Shown piece by piece: positions 20,654 through 31,357 of a stretch of 64,000 nt of DNA; within the stretch, counting starts at the first letter, position 1; every line of letters begins with the position of its first letter. The notes below the pieces were generated by a model, which saw nothing but the letters and a program-made list of their open reading frames with translations, did not search any database and was not told where the DNA came from. The position numbers and the translations under genes are program-made. The stretch comes from an uncultured delta proteobacterium (lineage in GTDB: Bacteria > Desulfobacterota > Syntrophobacteria > BM002), in contig CAVQGX010000026.1 in the NCBI GenBank assembly GCA_963712115.1, positions 64,001-128,000 of the forward strand. Direction: 5' to 3'.

Positions 20654-22117
20654 ATGATCCAGGATCTGAAAAGGTTAATAGAACAGGTCAGCAGAGATAA
20701 AGGCATTGAGCGGGACATACTTATCGCCACTCTGGAAGAGGCCATGCGGTCTGCTGCCAGGAAAAAATTCGGCCACGATCTCGATTTGGAAGTAGCCTAC
20801 AACGATGAATTCGGAGAGATTGAAGCGTTTCAATTTAAAGAGGTAGTGGCAAAGGTAAAGGACCCAGTGTTGGAGATATCGCTCGCTGAGGGCCGCAAAT
20901 TGGACCCCGAATGTGAGATCGGAGATAGCCTGGGTATAAAATTGGACACCGACACCTTTGGCCGCATTGCTGCCCAATCAGCCAAGCAAGTCATCATCCA
21001 GAAAATGAAAGACGCCGAACGAGAGATGATCTACGAAGATTACAAGGACCGGCGCGGCGAGATCATCAACGGTATAGTTCAACGCTTGGACAAAGGGGGA
21101 ATTACAGTAAACCTGGGTCGGGCCGAGGCCATTATCCCCTACCGGGAGCAGGTGCCCCGAGAGACTTACAGAAGGGGCGATCGCATTCGGGCTTTAGTAC
21201 TGGAGGTGAACCGGGAAGCGCGCGGGCCTCAGATCATCCTCAGTCGAACCCACCCGGAGTTTATCATCAAGCTCTTCACTCTCGAGGTGCCCGAGATAGC
21301 CGAAGGCATTGTCACCATTATGGGAGCAACTCGGGAACCAGGTAGCAGGGCTAAGATAGCTGTGACCTCTAAAGATCCGGACATTGACCCCGTAGGCGCC
21401 TGTGTGGGGATGAAAGGCTCCAGGGTGCAAAGTGTGGTCCAAGAGTTGCGAGGTGAAAAAATAGACATTATTGAATACAACCCGGATCCTGCCAAATTCG
21501 TATGCAATGGGTTAGCGCCCGCAGTTATTTCCAAGGTCGTCATAGACCAGGCTAATCGTCTTATGGAGGTTATAGTTCCCGATGATCAGCTTTCTCTTGC
21601 CATAGGTAAACGGGGCCAGAATGTGCGCTTAGCCTCAAAACTTACCGAGTGGCGCATAGACGTCAAGAGTGAGAGCAAGTATCAGAAATCACTCAAAGAG
21701 GGTTATGACTCACTCCTAGCACTGCCAGGGGTCGGGGATGCTACCGCCGACACTCTCTATGAGGCTGGGTTTGCCTCGGCAGAGGAGTTGGCTGGCGGCC
21801 TAGTGGAGGAACTGGTGGCGATTCCTGGTATAAGCCAGCAGAAAGCGGTGAAGTTTCTGGACGCAGCAAAAGAATATTTGGCCGAGCAAGAGGAAACTCA
21901 GGCCGAAAAGGAGAAGGCTCAGGCCGAGCAAGAGAAAGCTCAGGCCGAACAGGAGAAAGCTCAGGCCGAGCAAGAGAAAGCTCAGGCCGAACAGGAGAAG
22001 GCTCAGGCCGAGCAAGAAGAAGCTCAGGCCGAGCAAGAGGAAGCTCAGGCCGAGCAAGAGGAAGCTCAGGCCGATGAAAAGGAAAAACCTGAGGTTGAAG
22101 AGGGTGACAAAGCATAG
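20654..22117 (+). CDS. nusA: Transcription factor NusA with C-terminal heptad-repeat tail
   Basis: FGRIAAQSAKQV, S1/KH domains, AIGKRGQNVRLAS and HhH repeats. Confidence 0.98.
   Translation: MIQDLKRLIEQVSRDKGIERDILIATLEEAMRSAARKKFGHDLDLEVAYNDEFGEIEAFQFKEVVAKVKDPVLEISLAEGRKLDPECEIGDSLGIKLDTDTFGRIAAQSAKQVIIQKMKDAEREMIYEDYKDRRGEIINGIVQRLDKGGITVNLGRAEAIIPYREQVPRETYRRGDRIRALVLEVNREARGPQIILSRTHPEFIIKLFTLEVPEIAEGIVTIMGATREPGSRAKIAVTSKDPDIDPVGACVGMKGSRVQSVVQELRGEKIDIIEYNPDPAKFVCNGLAPAVISKVVIDQANRLMEVIVPDDQLSLAIGKRGQNVRLASKLTEWRIDVKSESKYQKSLKEGYDSLLALPGVGDATADTLYEAGFASAEELAGGLVEELVAIPGISQQKAVKFLDAAKEYLAEQEETQAEKEKAQAEQEKAQAEQEKAQAEQEKAQAEQEKAQAEQEEAQAEQEEAQAEQEEAQADEKEKPEVEEGDKA
21881..22083 (+). repeat. 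Coding 21-bp tandem repeat, about 9.5 units, encoding (AEQEKAQ)n
   Basis: GCCGAGCAAGAGAAAGCTCAG-type units read directly in sequence. Confidence 0.95.
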
Positions 22118-22233
22118 TTAGCCGTTTCAGCTTTATGCAAGCCAGCGTGGATCCATAATATTCAGGGCTCTGGTTTGTTGCGCCACTCATGGAATGGTGG
22201 AATATTGGAAAGTTGGGCTAGATAGGAAACGAA

Positions 22234-22527
22234 GTGGAGCTAATGGGGAAGAAAGGAAGGCAGCCGCAACGAACCTGCATTGTCTGTCGTAGCAAGAGAG
22301 CCAAGGCAGAACTTTTGAGGTTGGCCTTGGATAATAGGGAGAGAGTTTACTTAGATCACCGGCAACACCACCATGGTCGTGGGGGTTATGTGTGCTCCAG
22401 ACCAGAGTGCCTGACGCGAGTAAAACTGGTACACCTCAACAGGGCCTTTCGCCGAACACTATCTGAAGATGCATGGAATCCTGGCATGGCAATGGCTGAG
22501 GCTCTCAAGGGTTGTGAGGCTCAGTAA
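22234..22527 (+). CDS. ylxR: YlxR/DUF448 family RNA-binding protein
   Basis: PQRTCIVCR..ELLR..GRGGYVC..EC; located between nusA and infB. Confidence 0.85.
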   Translation: MELMGKKGRQPQRTCIVCRSKRAKAELLRLALDNRERVYLDHRQHHHGRGGYVCSRPECLTRVKLVHLNRAFRRTLSEDAWNPGMAMAEALKGCEAQ

Positions 22528-22611
22528 AAAAGGGGTTGAATTTAGCCAGACACTCAAGAGCGGGGTTATGAATTTTAGCAAGTAGTACATTAATAGAAGT
22601 CGGGGGATTGC

Positions 22612-25260
22612 ATGGCGAAGCTGAGGGTGTACGAATTGGCAAAAGAATTGGACATGCCCAACAAGGACTTGGTGGAAAAAATCGACAGCTTGGGCATTCA
22701 AATCACTGGGCACATGAGTTCTTTGGATGAAGAAGAGGCTCAGCTAGTGCGAGACACGGTAACGGGTAGGTCGCAACAACTGATTGTGGAAAAGCGGGTT
22801 CGGCGAGGAGTTATCCGCAGACGTCGAAAGGTCGTCAAGGCCGAGCCACAGTCTGAACCGGTAGAAGCAGAAATCAAACCAGAGGGAGTACCCCCCGTGG
22901 AGATTCATGCCGAAACACAGCTTGAGGGCACCGCTCCAACGGAAGCACAGTTGGAGGAAGAGTTAGCAACCGTTGTGGATGAGGAACTAACACCCGAAGC
23001 TGAAGCAGAAGCAAAAGTCGCTGAAGAAGCTGAGCCCGAGAAGAAAGTAAAAAAGAAAGTTGCAGAAAAGGAAAGAAAAATAAAGAAGCCTCGGCGACGG
23101 GTCAAGAAAGAGGCTGCGGCCAAGATAATTAAGCTTCCAGAAAGGGTCGTGGAGGTGGTTCCTGAGGAAGAGGTCAAACCCGAGGAAAAGACTGAGCCTC
23201 TGGCAGTTGAGCCCGTGCCCCCCGCGGTTGCACCCGAACCTGAGCCAGAAAAGAAGACGGCCAAAGCAAAAAAGAAGAAAGGTAGACGTGCACGTATTGA
23301 GGAGGAGGAAGAGGAACGGCTTGCCAGAAAGAAACTGCCCAGTCGTCGCAAAGAGGTGGTTAGCGGGGCAGATCTTTATGAAAGGCGTACCATTCCAGGC
23401 CGGGCTATGAAAGGTCGGAGGGTAGCTCGAGCGGTTGCCAAAGACCTCAAAAAGACTGAGATCACAGTTCCGAAGGCTGTCAAGCGTCGGCTAAGAGTTG
23501 ACGAGGCCATAACCGTAGGGAATCTCGCCAAGCGCATGGGAATCAAGGCTACTGAGGTCATCAGAAAACTAATGGAATTGGGCCTCATGGCAACTCTTAA
23601 TCAGGCGATCGATTTTGACACAGCGGCCCTGGTGGCAGCGGAATTTAGCTACGAGACGGAGAAGACTAGTTTTGAGGAAACAGAAATCATCCAGGCCACA
23701 CCCGATCGGGAGGAAGACCTAAAACCTCGACCTCCGGTCGTAACCATTATGGGACACGTCGACCACGGCAAAACCTCCCTGCTTGACGCCATCAGGGAGA
23801 CCAAGGTTACAGAGAGAGAGGCGGGGGGTATCACTCAGCATATTGGTGCCTACAACGTGAGCCTAGACGCCGGGCAAGTTGTTTTCTTGGACACGCCGGG
23901 GCATGAAGCCTTCACCGCCATGCGGGCCCGCGGTGCCCGGGTGACAGATCTGGTTGTTCTAGTAGTGGCGGCGGACGATGGGGTCATGCAGCAAACGGTT
24001 GAGGCAATCAACCATGCCCAGGCGGCAGATGTTCCCATATTGGTGGCCATTAACAAGATAGACAAGGAAAACGCTAACCCCGATAAGGTAAAAAGGGAGT
24101 TGGCCGAAAGAGGACTCTCTCCAGAGGAATGGGGCGGCGAGACCACAATGGTGGAAGTCTCTGCCAAGAAGAAGATAGGGCTGGATGAGCTGCTCGAGCT
24201 AATTCTGCTCCAGGCAGAGCTTATGGAACTCAAGGCCAATCCTAACAAGAAGTCCAGAGGCAGGGTGATCGAGGCTAGATTGGACACAGGAAAAGGGCCG
24301 CTGGCTACCGTTTTGGTGCAGGAGGGAACCCTGCGAGCCGGAGATCCTTTCGTCTGTGGGACCTTCCACGGAAGAGTTCGAGCAATGCTAGATGATCTGG
24401 GGCGCAAAGTAGAACAAGCGGAGCCCTCAATGCCGGTGGAGGTCCATGGTATATCAGGGGTGCCACAGGCAGGCGACGAGTTTGTGGTTGTGGAGGATGA
24501 GAGGCAGGCAAGACAGGTAGCAGCCCACAGGCAGCTAAAACTCCGCGAAGCTGAGCTTTCCCGAGCTACCAAGGTGACCTTGGATAACCTTTTCGCCCGA
24601 ATCAAAGAAGGGGAAACCAAAGAGCTCAGGATGGTGCTCAAAGCTGACGTGCAGGGCTCCTTGGGCGCAATTATTGACTCTTTGAACAACCTCAGTACCG
24701 AGGAAATCAAAGTTAACGTCATTCACAGCGCCGCAGGGGCGGTTACTGAGACTGACATAATGCTGGCCTCAGCTTCTGACGCCATAGTTATTGGTTTTAG
24801 CGTTAGGGCCCCTCAGAAAGTTCAAGAGCTGGCCGAAGCTGAGAAGGTGGATCTGCGCTTCTACGACGTCATCTACCAACTGGTTGCTGATGTAAAAGAC
24901 GCAATGGAGGGAATGCTGGAGCCCATCTACAAAGAGCACTTTATGGGTCGCGCCGAGGTACTCAAGACCTTCACTGTTTCCCGACTTGGAACAGTGGCTG
25001 GCTCGATGATCAACGAAGGCCGGGTGGAAAAGGGAGCCAAGATCCGGGTCCTACGTGACAATGTGGTGATCAATGACAGCAAGATCGCTTCACTCAGAAG
25101 ATATAAAGATGAGGTTAAGGAGGTAAAGGCAGGTCAAGACTGCGGCATAATGATTGAGAAGTTTAACGATGTCAAGATTGGGGACATCCTGGAGACTTAT
25201 ACAGTCGAAGAGATTAAAGCTGTCCTGGAGCCCGGCAAAGGCAATAAAAAGTCGGAATAG
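22612..25260 (+). CDS. infB: Translation initiation factor IF-2
   Basis: RVYELAKEL, GHVDHGKTSLLD, DTPGHEAF and NKID. Confidence 0.99.
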   Translation: MAKLRVYELAKELDMPNKDLVEKIDSLGIQITGHMSSLDEEEAQLVRDTVTGRSQQLIVEKRVRRGVIRRRRKVVKAEPQSEPVEAEIKPEGVPPVEIHAETQLEGTAPTEAQLEEELATVVDEELTPEAEAEAKVAEEAEPEKKVKKKVAEKERKIKKPRRRVKKEAAAKIIKLPERVVEVVPEEEVKPEEKTEPLAVEPVPPAVAPEPEPEKKTAKAKKKKGRRARIEEEEEERLARKKLPSRRKEVVSGADLYERRTIPGRAMKGRRVARAVAKDLKKTEITVPKAVKRRLRVDEAITVGNLAKRMGIKATEVIRKLMELGLMATLNQAIDFDTAALVAAEFSYETEKTSFEETEIIQATPDREEDLKPRPPVVTIMGHVDHGKTSLLDAIRETKVTEREAGGITQHIGAYNVSLDAGQVVFLDTPGHEAFTAMRARGARVTDLVVLVVAADDGVMQQTVEAINHAQAADVPILVAINKIDKENANPDKVKRELAERGLSPEEWGGETTMVEVSAKKKIGLDELLELILLQAELMELKANPNKKSRGRVIEARLDTGKGPLATVLVQEGTLRAGDPFVCGTFHGRVRAMLDDLGRKVEQAEPSMPVEVHGISGVPQAGDEFVVVEDERQARQVAAHRQLKLREAELSRATKVTLDNLFARIKEGETKELRMVLKADVQGSLGAIIDSLNNLSTEEIKVNVIHSAAGAVTETDIMLASASDAIVIGFSVRAPQKVQELAEAEKVDLRFYDVIYQLVADVKDAMEGMLEPIYKEHFMGRAEVLKTFTVSRLGTVAGSMINEGRVEKGAKIRVLRDNVVINDSKIASLRRYKDEVKEVKAGQDCGIMIEKFNDVKIGDILETYTVEEIKAVLEPGKGNKKSE

Positions 25261-25333
25261 GGAGGCTGGTGAAACTCTCTCCTCAGTGCTTGGTGTTGAG
25301 GAGGGGTACCGCTAAGGTCGAAAGGGCACGGCG

Positions 25334-25621
25334 ATGGTTGTTGGGGTTGCAAAGCTAAGCCTGCGTTTGCCAGGAAACAAATCGCTCAAGGGGAAACGTA
25401 AGGTGATTAAGAGCATTTCCGAAAGGTTGCGCCAGCGTTTCAATCTGGCAGTGGCCGAGACCGACGCCCAGGATTTATGGCAGACTGGAGAGTTAGGGCT
25501 TGTGGCAGTCGGCAACCAGACTGGATACATCGACTCAAAATTGGACAAAGCAATCAATTTTGTCGAAAATATGCAAGTGGCTGAAATTATTAGGATCCAA
25601 AGGGAATTAATTCACTTCTAG
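25334..25621 (+). CDS. DUF503 (YlxP) family protein
   Basis: SLKGKRKVIKS..FNLAVAETD.QDLWQ; conserved position after infB. Confidence 0.88.
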   Translation: MVVGVAKLSLRLPGNKSLKGKRKVIKSISERLRQRFNLAVAETDAQDLWQTGELGLVAVGNQTGYIDSKLDKAINFVENMQVAEIIRIQRELIHF

Positions 25622-25696
25622 ATTCTGGATTCTGGATACTAGATACTTGATAGTGGATCGAGTCTAGAGAATTTAGCATCGAGCATCGAGAAACTC

Positions 25697-26047
25697 ATGG
25701 AAAACAAAAGAGCAGATCGGATTGCGGATCTCATTTTGAAAGAGCTCGCCGAGGTACTTTTGCGCAGGGTGAAAGACCCCCGTCTGGCTGACATCACCTT
25801 GACCAATGTTGAGGTGTCACCGGACCTTCGTCATGCAAAGGTATATTACAGTCTATTGGGGGATGATGAGAAAAGAAATAAAGCAACTGTGGGTCTAGAA
25901 AGTGCTAGAGGATTTGTCAAGCGTGAGTTGGGCAAGAGGTTGCAGCTGAGGCGAATGCCGGATATCTCATTTTACTTTGATGCTTCCCTGGAACACGGAT
26001 CCCAAATTGACCGGCTACTTGCTGAACTCAAGGAATCTGACCATTGA
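25697..26047 (+). CDS. rbfA: Ribosome-binding factor A
   Basis: VKDPRL..VEVSPDLRHAKVY..LRRMPDISFYFD. Confidence 0.97.
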   Translation: MENKRADRIADLILKELAEVLLRRVKDPRLADITLTNVEVSPDLRHAKVYYSLLGDDEKRNKATVGLESARGFVKRELGKRLQLRRMPDISFYFDASLEHGSQIDRLLAELKESDH

Positions 26048-27012
26048 TAGAGGCTATCGCAAAAGAGCTTAGAGATAACAAACGTTTTCTCCTGACTACC
26101 CACGTAAATCCAGACGGAGACGCCATCGGTTCCCTTGGGGCTCTTGCCTTGGTACTCGAGGATCTGGGCAAAGAGGTGGTGGCCTACTGTCAGGATGAGA
26201 TACCTGGGTTTCTGCGATTTCTCCCCTATTCAGAGCGGATAGTAAGGGAGATCCCGGGTCCCAATGGGTTTGATGTGGCGGTGGTGCTGGATTGTGGAGA
26301 ACTTGACCGGATTGGCAACGCTGCCGAGGCTTTACAACAAGTCGAGAAAATCATCCATATCGACCACCATAGCTCCAGCGATGATTTCGGCCAGCTGAAT
26401 CTGGTCCGACCGGAGTGTAGTAGCACAGCCGAAATTCTCTACGAGATTTTTCAGGCTATCCCGGCGTCTTTGAGCTCGGAAGCAGCAGAGAACATCTACA
26501 CCGCTATCCTGACCGACACAGGCTCTTTTCGTTTTGCCAACACCACGGCAAGAGCCCTGGACATAGCGGCAGAAATGGTGGCCCTCGGAGTGGCGCCGGA
26601 CAAGATTGCCAGTGAGGTCTACGACAGCATGAGCCCCGAGCGCTTGCAATTGTTGGCTCTCAGCCTCAACACTCTAACTTTGTGGGCAAATGGCCGTCTG
26701 GCCACCATGCAGGTGAGTCGGCGGATGCTGGAAGAGACTAAGACTTCTGTCATGGACACCGACGGGTTCGTCAATTATCCGCGAGGGATAAACACCGCTG
26801 AGATGGCCATTTTTTTCAGAGAAATGGATTCGGGCAAGGTAAACGTCAGCTTGAGGTCTCGGGGTGGGCTGAATGTAGCCGAATTTGCTCGCAATTATGA
26901 CGGCGGTGGCCATCATAATGCGGCGGCATTTCGTGCCGAAGGATCTCTAACTGAAGTGGTTGAGGAAGTCTTAGCAGCAGCAGAGGAATTCATTGCTGGA
27001 GGATCGCAGTGA
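26044..27012 (+). CDS. nrnA: DHH/DHHA1 oligoribonuclease / PAP phosphatase
   Basis: HVNPDGDAIGS, IDHH, TDTGSF, SLRS and GGGHHNAA. Confidence 0.9.
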   Translation: MIEAIAKELRDNKRFLLTTHVNPDGDAIGSLGALALVLEDLGKEVVAYCQDEIPGFLRFLPYSERIVREIPGPNGFDVAVVLDCGELDRIGNAAEALQQVEKIIHIDHHSSSDDFGQLNLVRPECSSTAEILYEIFQAIPASLSSEAAENIYTAILTDTGSFRFANTTARALDIAAEMVALGVAPDKIASEVYDSMSPERLQLLALSLNTLTLWANGRLATMQVSRRMLEETKTSVMDTDGFVNYPRGINTAEMAIFFREMDSGKVNVSLRSRGGLNVAEFARNYDGGGHHNAAAFRAEGSLTEVVEEVLAAAEEFIAGGSQ

Positions 27013-27995
27013 ATTTGAGCCCAAGTTTGAAGCCAAAAGAACGAGCCTACGGTCAGGCCAAATTCACCGCTAATGGTGTTCTGGTTTTAGATAAACCAAC
27101 AGGCTTGACCTCCCATGATGTGGTCAAGGAGGTGAAAATAAGGCTGGGAGCGCTCAAGGTGGGACACAGTGGCACTTTGGATCCCTTTGCTACGGGGGTT
27201 CTCATTCTGCTGATTAACCGCGCCACAAAGCTCGCTCCCTTTCTCTTGGACCAGGACAAGAGATATCGTTTTACTGTTAAATTTGGAGTTGAGACTGATA
27301 CCCAGGACAGCACCGGCAGGGTGGTTGCTACCTATCCGTGTGGACCCTTACCTGAGGGCGAAATAAGAGAGGCCTGTGCTGCCTTTTTAGGCGACATAGA
27401 GCAGAGGGTCCCCCGCTTTTCAGCCGTTCGTGTAGGGGGACAAAGACTTTATCGGCTGGCGCGCCAAGGTGTCGATGTGACTCCACCCTGTCGCACAGTG
27501 AAGATCAAGAATTTTGACCTCTGCGACCTAAGCTGGCCAGAGGTTACATTTGAGGTCACCTGCTCTAAAGGAACTTACGTGAGAAGTCTTGGAGCAGATC
27601 TGGCCTGTCACTTGAACTGCAGTGGACATGTGAGCAAGTTACGACGGCTTGCCAGTGGGGGATTTGACCTGAGACAGGCCCTGACCCTGGAAAAATTTAA
27701 ACAAATTGTCGACAAGGGAGAACTTGGCCAGAACCTTATCTCGCCAGCACAGGCATTGTCTAACTATCCTGAACTAAGAGTTTCTTATGTGGCTGCCAAC
27801 ACTATCCGCCGGGGAGGTAGGCTAAACTCGAGAGAGTTTCTTGAATCTGAACTCAGCCTCGAAGGTCCCTATAGGGTTCTGGACCCCGGTAATAACCTGG
27901 TGGCGATGGTTGCCAAATCGGGTCAAAGACCCAGTGATGGGCACGAAGGGGAGATCACATTCAAGACTTTACGCGTTTTTGGGCCAATTTCTTAG
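27009..27995 (+). CDS. truB: tRNA pseudouridine(55) synthase
   Basis: DKPTGLTSHDVV, GHSGTLDPFATG and CSKGTYVRSL. Confidence 0.97.
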   Translation: MNLSPSLKPKERAYGQAKFTANGVLVLDKPTGLTSHDVVKEVKIRLGALKVGHSGTLDPFATGVLILLINRATKLAPFLLDQDKRYRFTVKFGVETDTQDSTGRVVATYPCGPLPEGEIREACAAFLGDIEQRVPRFSAVRVGGQRLYRLARQGVDVTPPCRTVKIKNFDLCDLSWPEVTFEVTCSKGTYVRSLGADLACHLNCSGHVSKLRRLASGGFDLRQALTLEKFKQIVDKGELGQNLISPAQALSNYPELRVSYVAANTIRRGGRLNSREFLESELSLEGPYRVLDPGNNLVAMVAKSGQRPSDGHEGEITFKTLRVFGPIS

Positions 27996-28176
27996 CCCGG
28001 ATATTTCATGAATTGTCTTCGGGAGACTGTGAAGATGGGCGTGCCACCGGGCAACCGCAGGGGGTTGGATCCGAGGCGTACTTGAATAGTACGTCGCAGG
28101 GTCGAACACCCGAGGACGCCCGGAAGGACGGCCATATCCACGGTCGCAGCAGGCGATTCATGAAATATCCGGGTTA
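27993..28176 (+). mobile_element. 184-bp MITE-like palindromic element, family R3 copy 1
   Basis: TIR TAGCCCGGATATTTCATGAAT...ATTCATGAAATATCCGGGTTA; same-length copy at 43420..43603; its first bases are the truB stop codon. Confidence 0.8.
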
Positions 28177-28528
28177 TAGGGTAAATCTAAGGTTCTGGGA
28201 CGAAGAGCCTCTATTTTAGGCAAATTTATTAGGGTCCGGGAAACCTGGTCCTTCCGCCGGGTCAAAGTTAAATGGCTTTGCCAATAAAGATGGCGAGCTG
28301 TTCTGGAGTACTGGAGTACTGGAGTATTGGAAAAAGCTAAAACCCGAATGTCAAATTGAATAAGTTTTTATCATTACTCCATCGCTCCACCACTCCATTA
28401 CTCCAGCAGAATCCCGCATCGAGGAAAGACCAGCTCTGGGGTCCGCTCAAGGCCAGGTCCTCAGGGCCTGGATTCCTTACTAGGAATGGTGAATAAGCTA
28501 AAGGTCGAAACACGAGGAGGTATTAACT

Positions 28529-28798
28529 GTGGCACTAACGGTTGAAAGGAAAAAAGAAGTAATAGAGATCTTCAAAACACATGAGACCGATACTGGATCT
28601 CCTGAAGTGCAGATAGCTTTGCTCAGCGAGCGCATCAACTATCTCACTGAGCATTTCAAAACTCACAAAAAAGACCATCATTCAAGGAGGGGATTGCTAA
28701 AACTGGTAGGGCAGCGTCGCCGTCTCCTAGATTATCTCAAACGCAAGGACATTGATCGCTATCGAGTCGTTATTGAGCGACTAGGTCTTCGTCGTTAA
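28529..28798 (+). CDS. rpsO: 30S ribosomal protein S15
   Basis: [34 protein letters not shown]. Confidence 0.99.
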   Translation: MALTVERKKEVIEIFKTHETDTGSPEVQIALLSERINYLTEHFKTHKKDHHSRRGLLKLVGQRRRLLDYLKRKDIDRYRVVIERLGLRR

Positions 28799-28992
28799 TC
28801 GAGGCAGGAGTCCATTTATGGTATTTCCGGGAATCTCTTGGCAATTTATCCCAAGAAAGATCCATGTATCTACAAAAAGAATTTTTATTATATGCGGCCT
28901 TGCCGAGAAAGTGAGATCCGCAGAACTCGGCATTGCTTTATTGCTAGTTGGCTGTTGCCAGATAAAGCTGCTGAAGTAAAGGAAACAAAATT

Positions 28993-31095
28993 ATGAAGGA
29001 AATAGTTGAAATTGAAGTAGGTGGCCGAAGATTCAGGCTTGAAACTGGGGAGATGGCAAAACAGGCTAGTGGTGCTGTACTCGTCAGCTACGGAGAAACG
29101 GTGGTTCTGGTTACCGCGGTTGGTGAGGAAAGGATCCGTGAGGGCATCGATTTCCTGCCGCTAAGCGTGGACTATATGGAAAAAGGCTTTGCTGTGGGTA
29201 GGATCCCTGGCGGTTTTTTCCGCCGCGAAATTGGTCGACCCAGCGAGAGAGAAACACTGACATCCCGCCTAATTGATCGACCAATCCGGCCCCTTTTTCC
29301 GAAAAAATATCGAAAGGAAATCCAGGTGATTGCCACCGTGCTCTCTGCCGATCCTGATAACGACCCGGGTATGGTAGCAATGGTGGGGGCATCCGCGGCA
29401 CTGGAAATTTCCGACATACCCTTTCAAGGACCAATAGGTGCTGTAAAGGTAGGACGGTGCAATGGTGAGTTGATAATCAATCCAACTGCAGTCCAGTTGG
29501 AAATGAGCGATCTTGATGTGGCTGTGGCCGGCAACCGTCAGGGCATCGTCATGGTGGAGGGTAATGCCCAATTTGTCAGTGAAGATGATTTATTGGAGGC
29601 GCTCTATTTCGCCCACGATGCAATACAGCCCATCTTGGATATGCAGGAGACACTGAAATCCCGCTGCGGCAAGAGTAAGAAAACATTTGAGCCTCCCGAG
29701 GAAGATCAAGCTCTAGCGGCTAGGGTGGCAGAGCTTTCCCAACAGAGAATTGCGGAAGCCAACACCACCGCCGAAAAAGAAGCCCGCTATCTCCTGCGGA
29801 GTTCCGTGATCCAGGAGATCATGGAAAAACTCGGTCCGGACTTTGCGCAACGTGAGTCAGAAGTGCGAGAGATTGTCCATAACATCGAGAAGAAGTTCGT
29901 GCGTGAGATGGCACTCGCCCGCAAGACTAGGATCGACAACAGAGGGCTCAAAGACATTCGGCACATTGATTGTCAGGTTGGTCGCTTGCCCCGAACCCAC
30001 GGTTCCGGACTTTTCACCCGCGGTGAGACCCAGGTACTCTCTGTGGTGACTTTGGGATCCTCCTCTGACGAACAGAAGATAGAGGCTTTGGAGGGTGATG
30101 AGTTTAAGAGTTTCATGCTCCACTATAATTTTCCTCCCTATTGTGTGGGGGAGGCCAGATTCCTTAGAGGACCTAGCCGACGGGAAATTGGTCATGGGGC
30201 TCTGGCTGAGAGAACCCTGAAAAAAGTACTTCCCTCCCATGAAGATTTCCCTTACACAGTTCGGGTGGTGGCGGAGGTGTTGGAATCCAATGGTTCCTCT
30301 TCCATGGCCTCGGTGTGTGCCAGTTCCCTTGCTCTTATGGATGCGGGGGTGCCGCTGAAAAAAGCCGTGGCCGGAATCGCCATGGGTCTGATCAAGGAAG
30401 ATGACCGGGTCGCCATTCTCAGCGATATCCTCGGTGATGAGGACCACCTGGGAGACATGGACTTCAAGGTGACCGGTAGCTCTGAAGGAGTTGTAGCCCT
30501 GCAGATGGACATCAAGGTGGCAGGTGTACCACGTGAGGTCATGCGTCAGGCTCTATTTCAAGCCAAAGAGGGTCGGCTCCACATTCTGGAGGAGATGAGC
30601 AAGACCATATCGGCGCCTCGTGAGGAACTCTCACCTTACGCACCCAGAGTTCTGAGCATTCAAATACATCCGGATAAAATCCGCGACGTCATCGGTCCTG
30701 GCGGCAAAATAATTCGTAATATAATTGCCGAAACCAACACCAAGATTGATGTTGAAGATGATGGCAAGGTGACCATTATGAGCCCTGATCTCGCCGGCTG
30801 TCAAAAGGCGGTGGAGATGATCGAAAAGCTTACGGCTGAAGCAGAGGTTGGTGGTCTTTATCTGGGTAAAGTGCGTAAAATTACTGACTTTGGGGCATTT
30901 GTGGAGATACTTCCCGGGACTGATGGGTTGGTACATATTTCACAGCTGGATCATGAACGAGTTCAGAAGGTGAGAGACGTACTGAATGAAGGAGACGAGG
31001 TATTGGTCAAGGTGCTGGAAATCGACAGAGACGGGCGTATTCGTCTCAGTCGAAAAGCCGCCCTGGGAGAATCTCTCAGCAAAGTACGAAATTAG
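28993..31095 (+). CDS. pnp: Polyribonucleotide nucleotidyltransferase
   Basis: [40 protein letters not shown] and S1 domains. Confidence 0.99.
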   Translation: MKEIVEIEVGGRRFRLETGEMAKQASGAVLVSYGETVVLVTAVGEERIREGIDFLPLSVDYMEKGFAVGRIPGGFFRREIGRPSERETLTSRLIDRPIRPLFPKKYRKEIQVIATVLSADPDNDPGMVAMVGASAALEISDIPFQGPIGAVKVGRCNGELIINPTAVQLEMSDLDVAVAGNRQGIVMVEGNAQFVSEDDLLEALYFAHDAIQPILDMQETLKSRCGKSKKTFEPPEEDQALAARVAELSQQRIAEANTTAEKEARYLLRSSVIQEIMEKLGPDFAQRESEVREIVHNIEKKFVREMALARKTRIDNRGLKDIRHIDCQVGRLPRTHGSGLFTRGETQVLSVVTLGSSSDEQKIEALEGDEFKSFMLHYNFPPYCVGEARFLRGPSRREIGHGALAERTLKKVLPSHEDFPYTVRVVAEVLESNGSSSMASVCASSLALMDAGVPLKKAVAGIAMGLIKEDDRVAILSDILGDEDHLGDMDFKVTGSSEGVVALQMDIKVAGVPREVMRQALFQAKEGRLHILEEMSKTISAPREELSPYAPRVLSIQIHPDKIRDVIGPGGKIIRNIIAETNTKIDVEDDGKVTIMSPDLAGCQKAVEMIEKLTAEAEVGGLYLGKVRKITDFGAFVEILPGTDGLVHISQLDHERVQKVRDVLNEGDEVLVKVLEIDRDGRIRLSRKAALGESLSKVRN

Positions 31096-31129
31096 AGGCT
31101 CACAGCATTCACGGCAGAGCACCCTGCCG

Positions 31130-31345
31130 CTCATGGTCATTGGGCCACTGAACGTGGCCGTCACTACGCTTCGCTGTCATTTATAGTCATTTATTGTTAG
31201 GACATAATGACCACAAATGACGGCCGTAAGGCCTCATGACGGGCGCCAGCCCGAATGACGCCGAAGGCAAATGACCATAAGTGACGAACGCTAGCCCTGT
31301 TGCCGGCGAAGCCAACTGAGGCGCAGCATATGGCATCATCAATGA
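31130..31345. repeat. Family R2 element between pnp and the M16 peptidase
   Basis: GTCATT...AATGAC units with GGCCGTAAGGCC, GCCGAAGGC and GGCGAAGCC hairpins. Confidence 0.75.
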
Positions 31346-31357
31346 GGGAGCTGAAGG

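Noticed and set aside
28013-28219. Similar small ORFs 28013..28219 and 43389..43604 as a duplicated peptide gene
   Set aside because: The similarity comes from the R3 element. Starts and stops are not shared, and the substitutions follow base pairing rather than codons.
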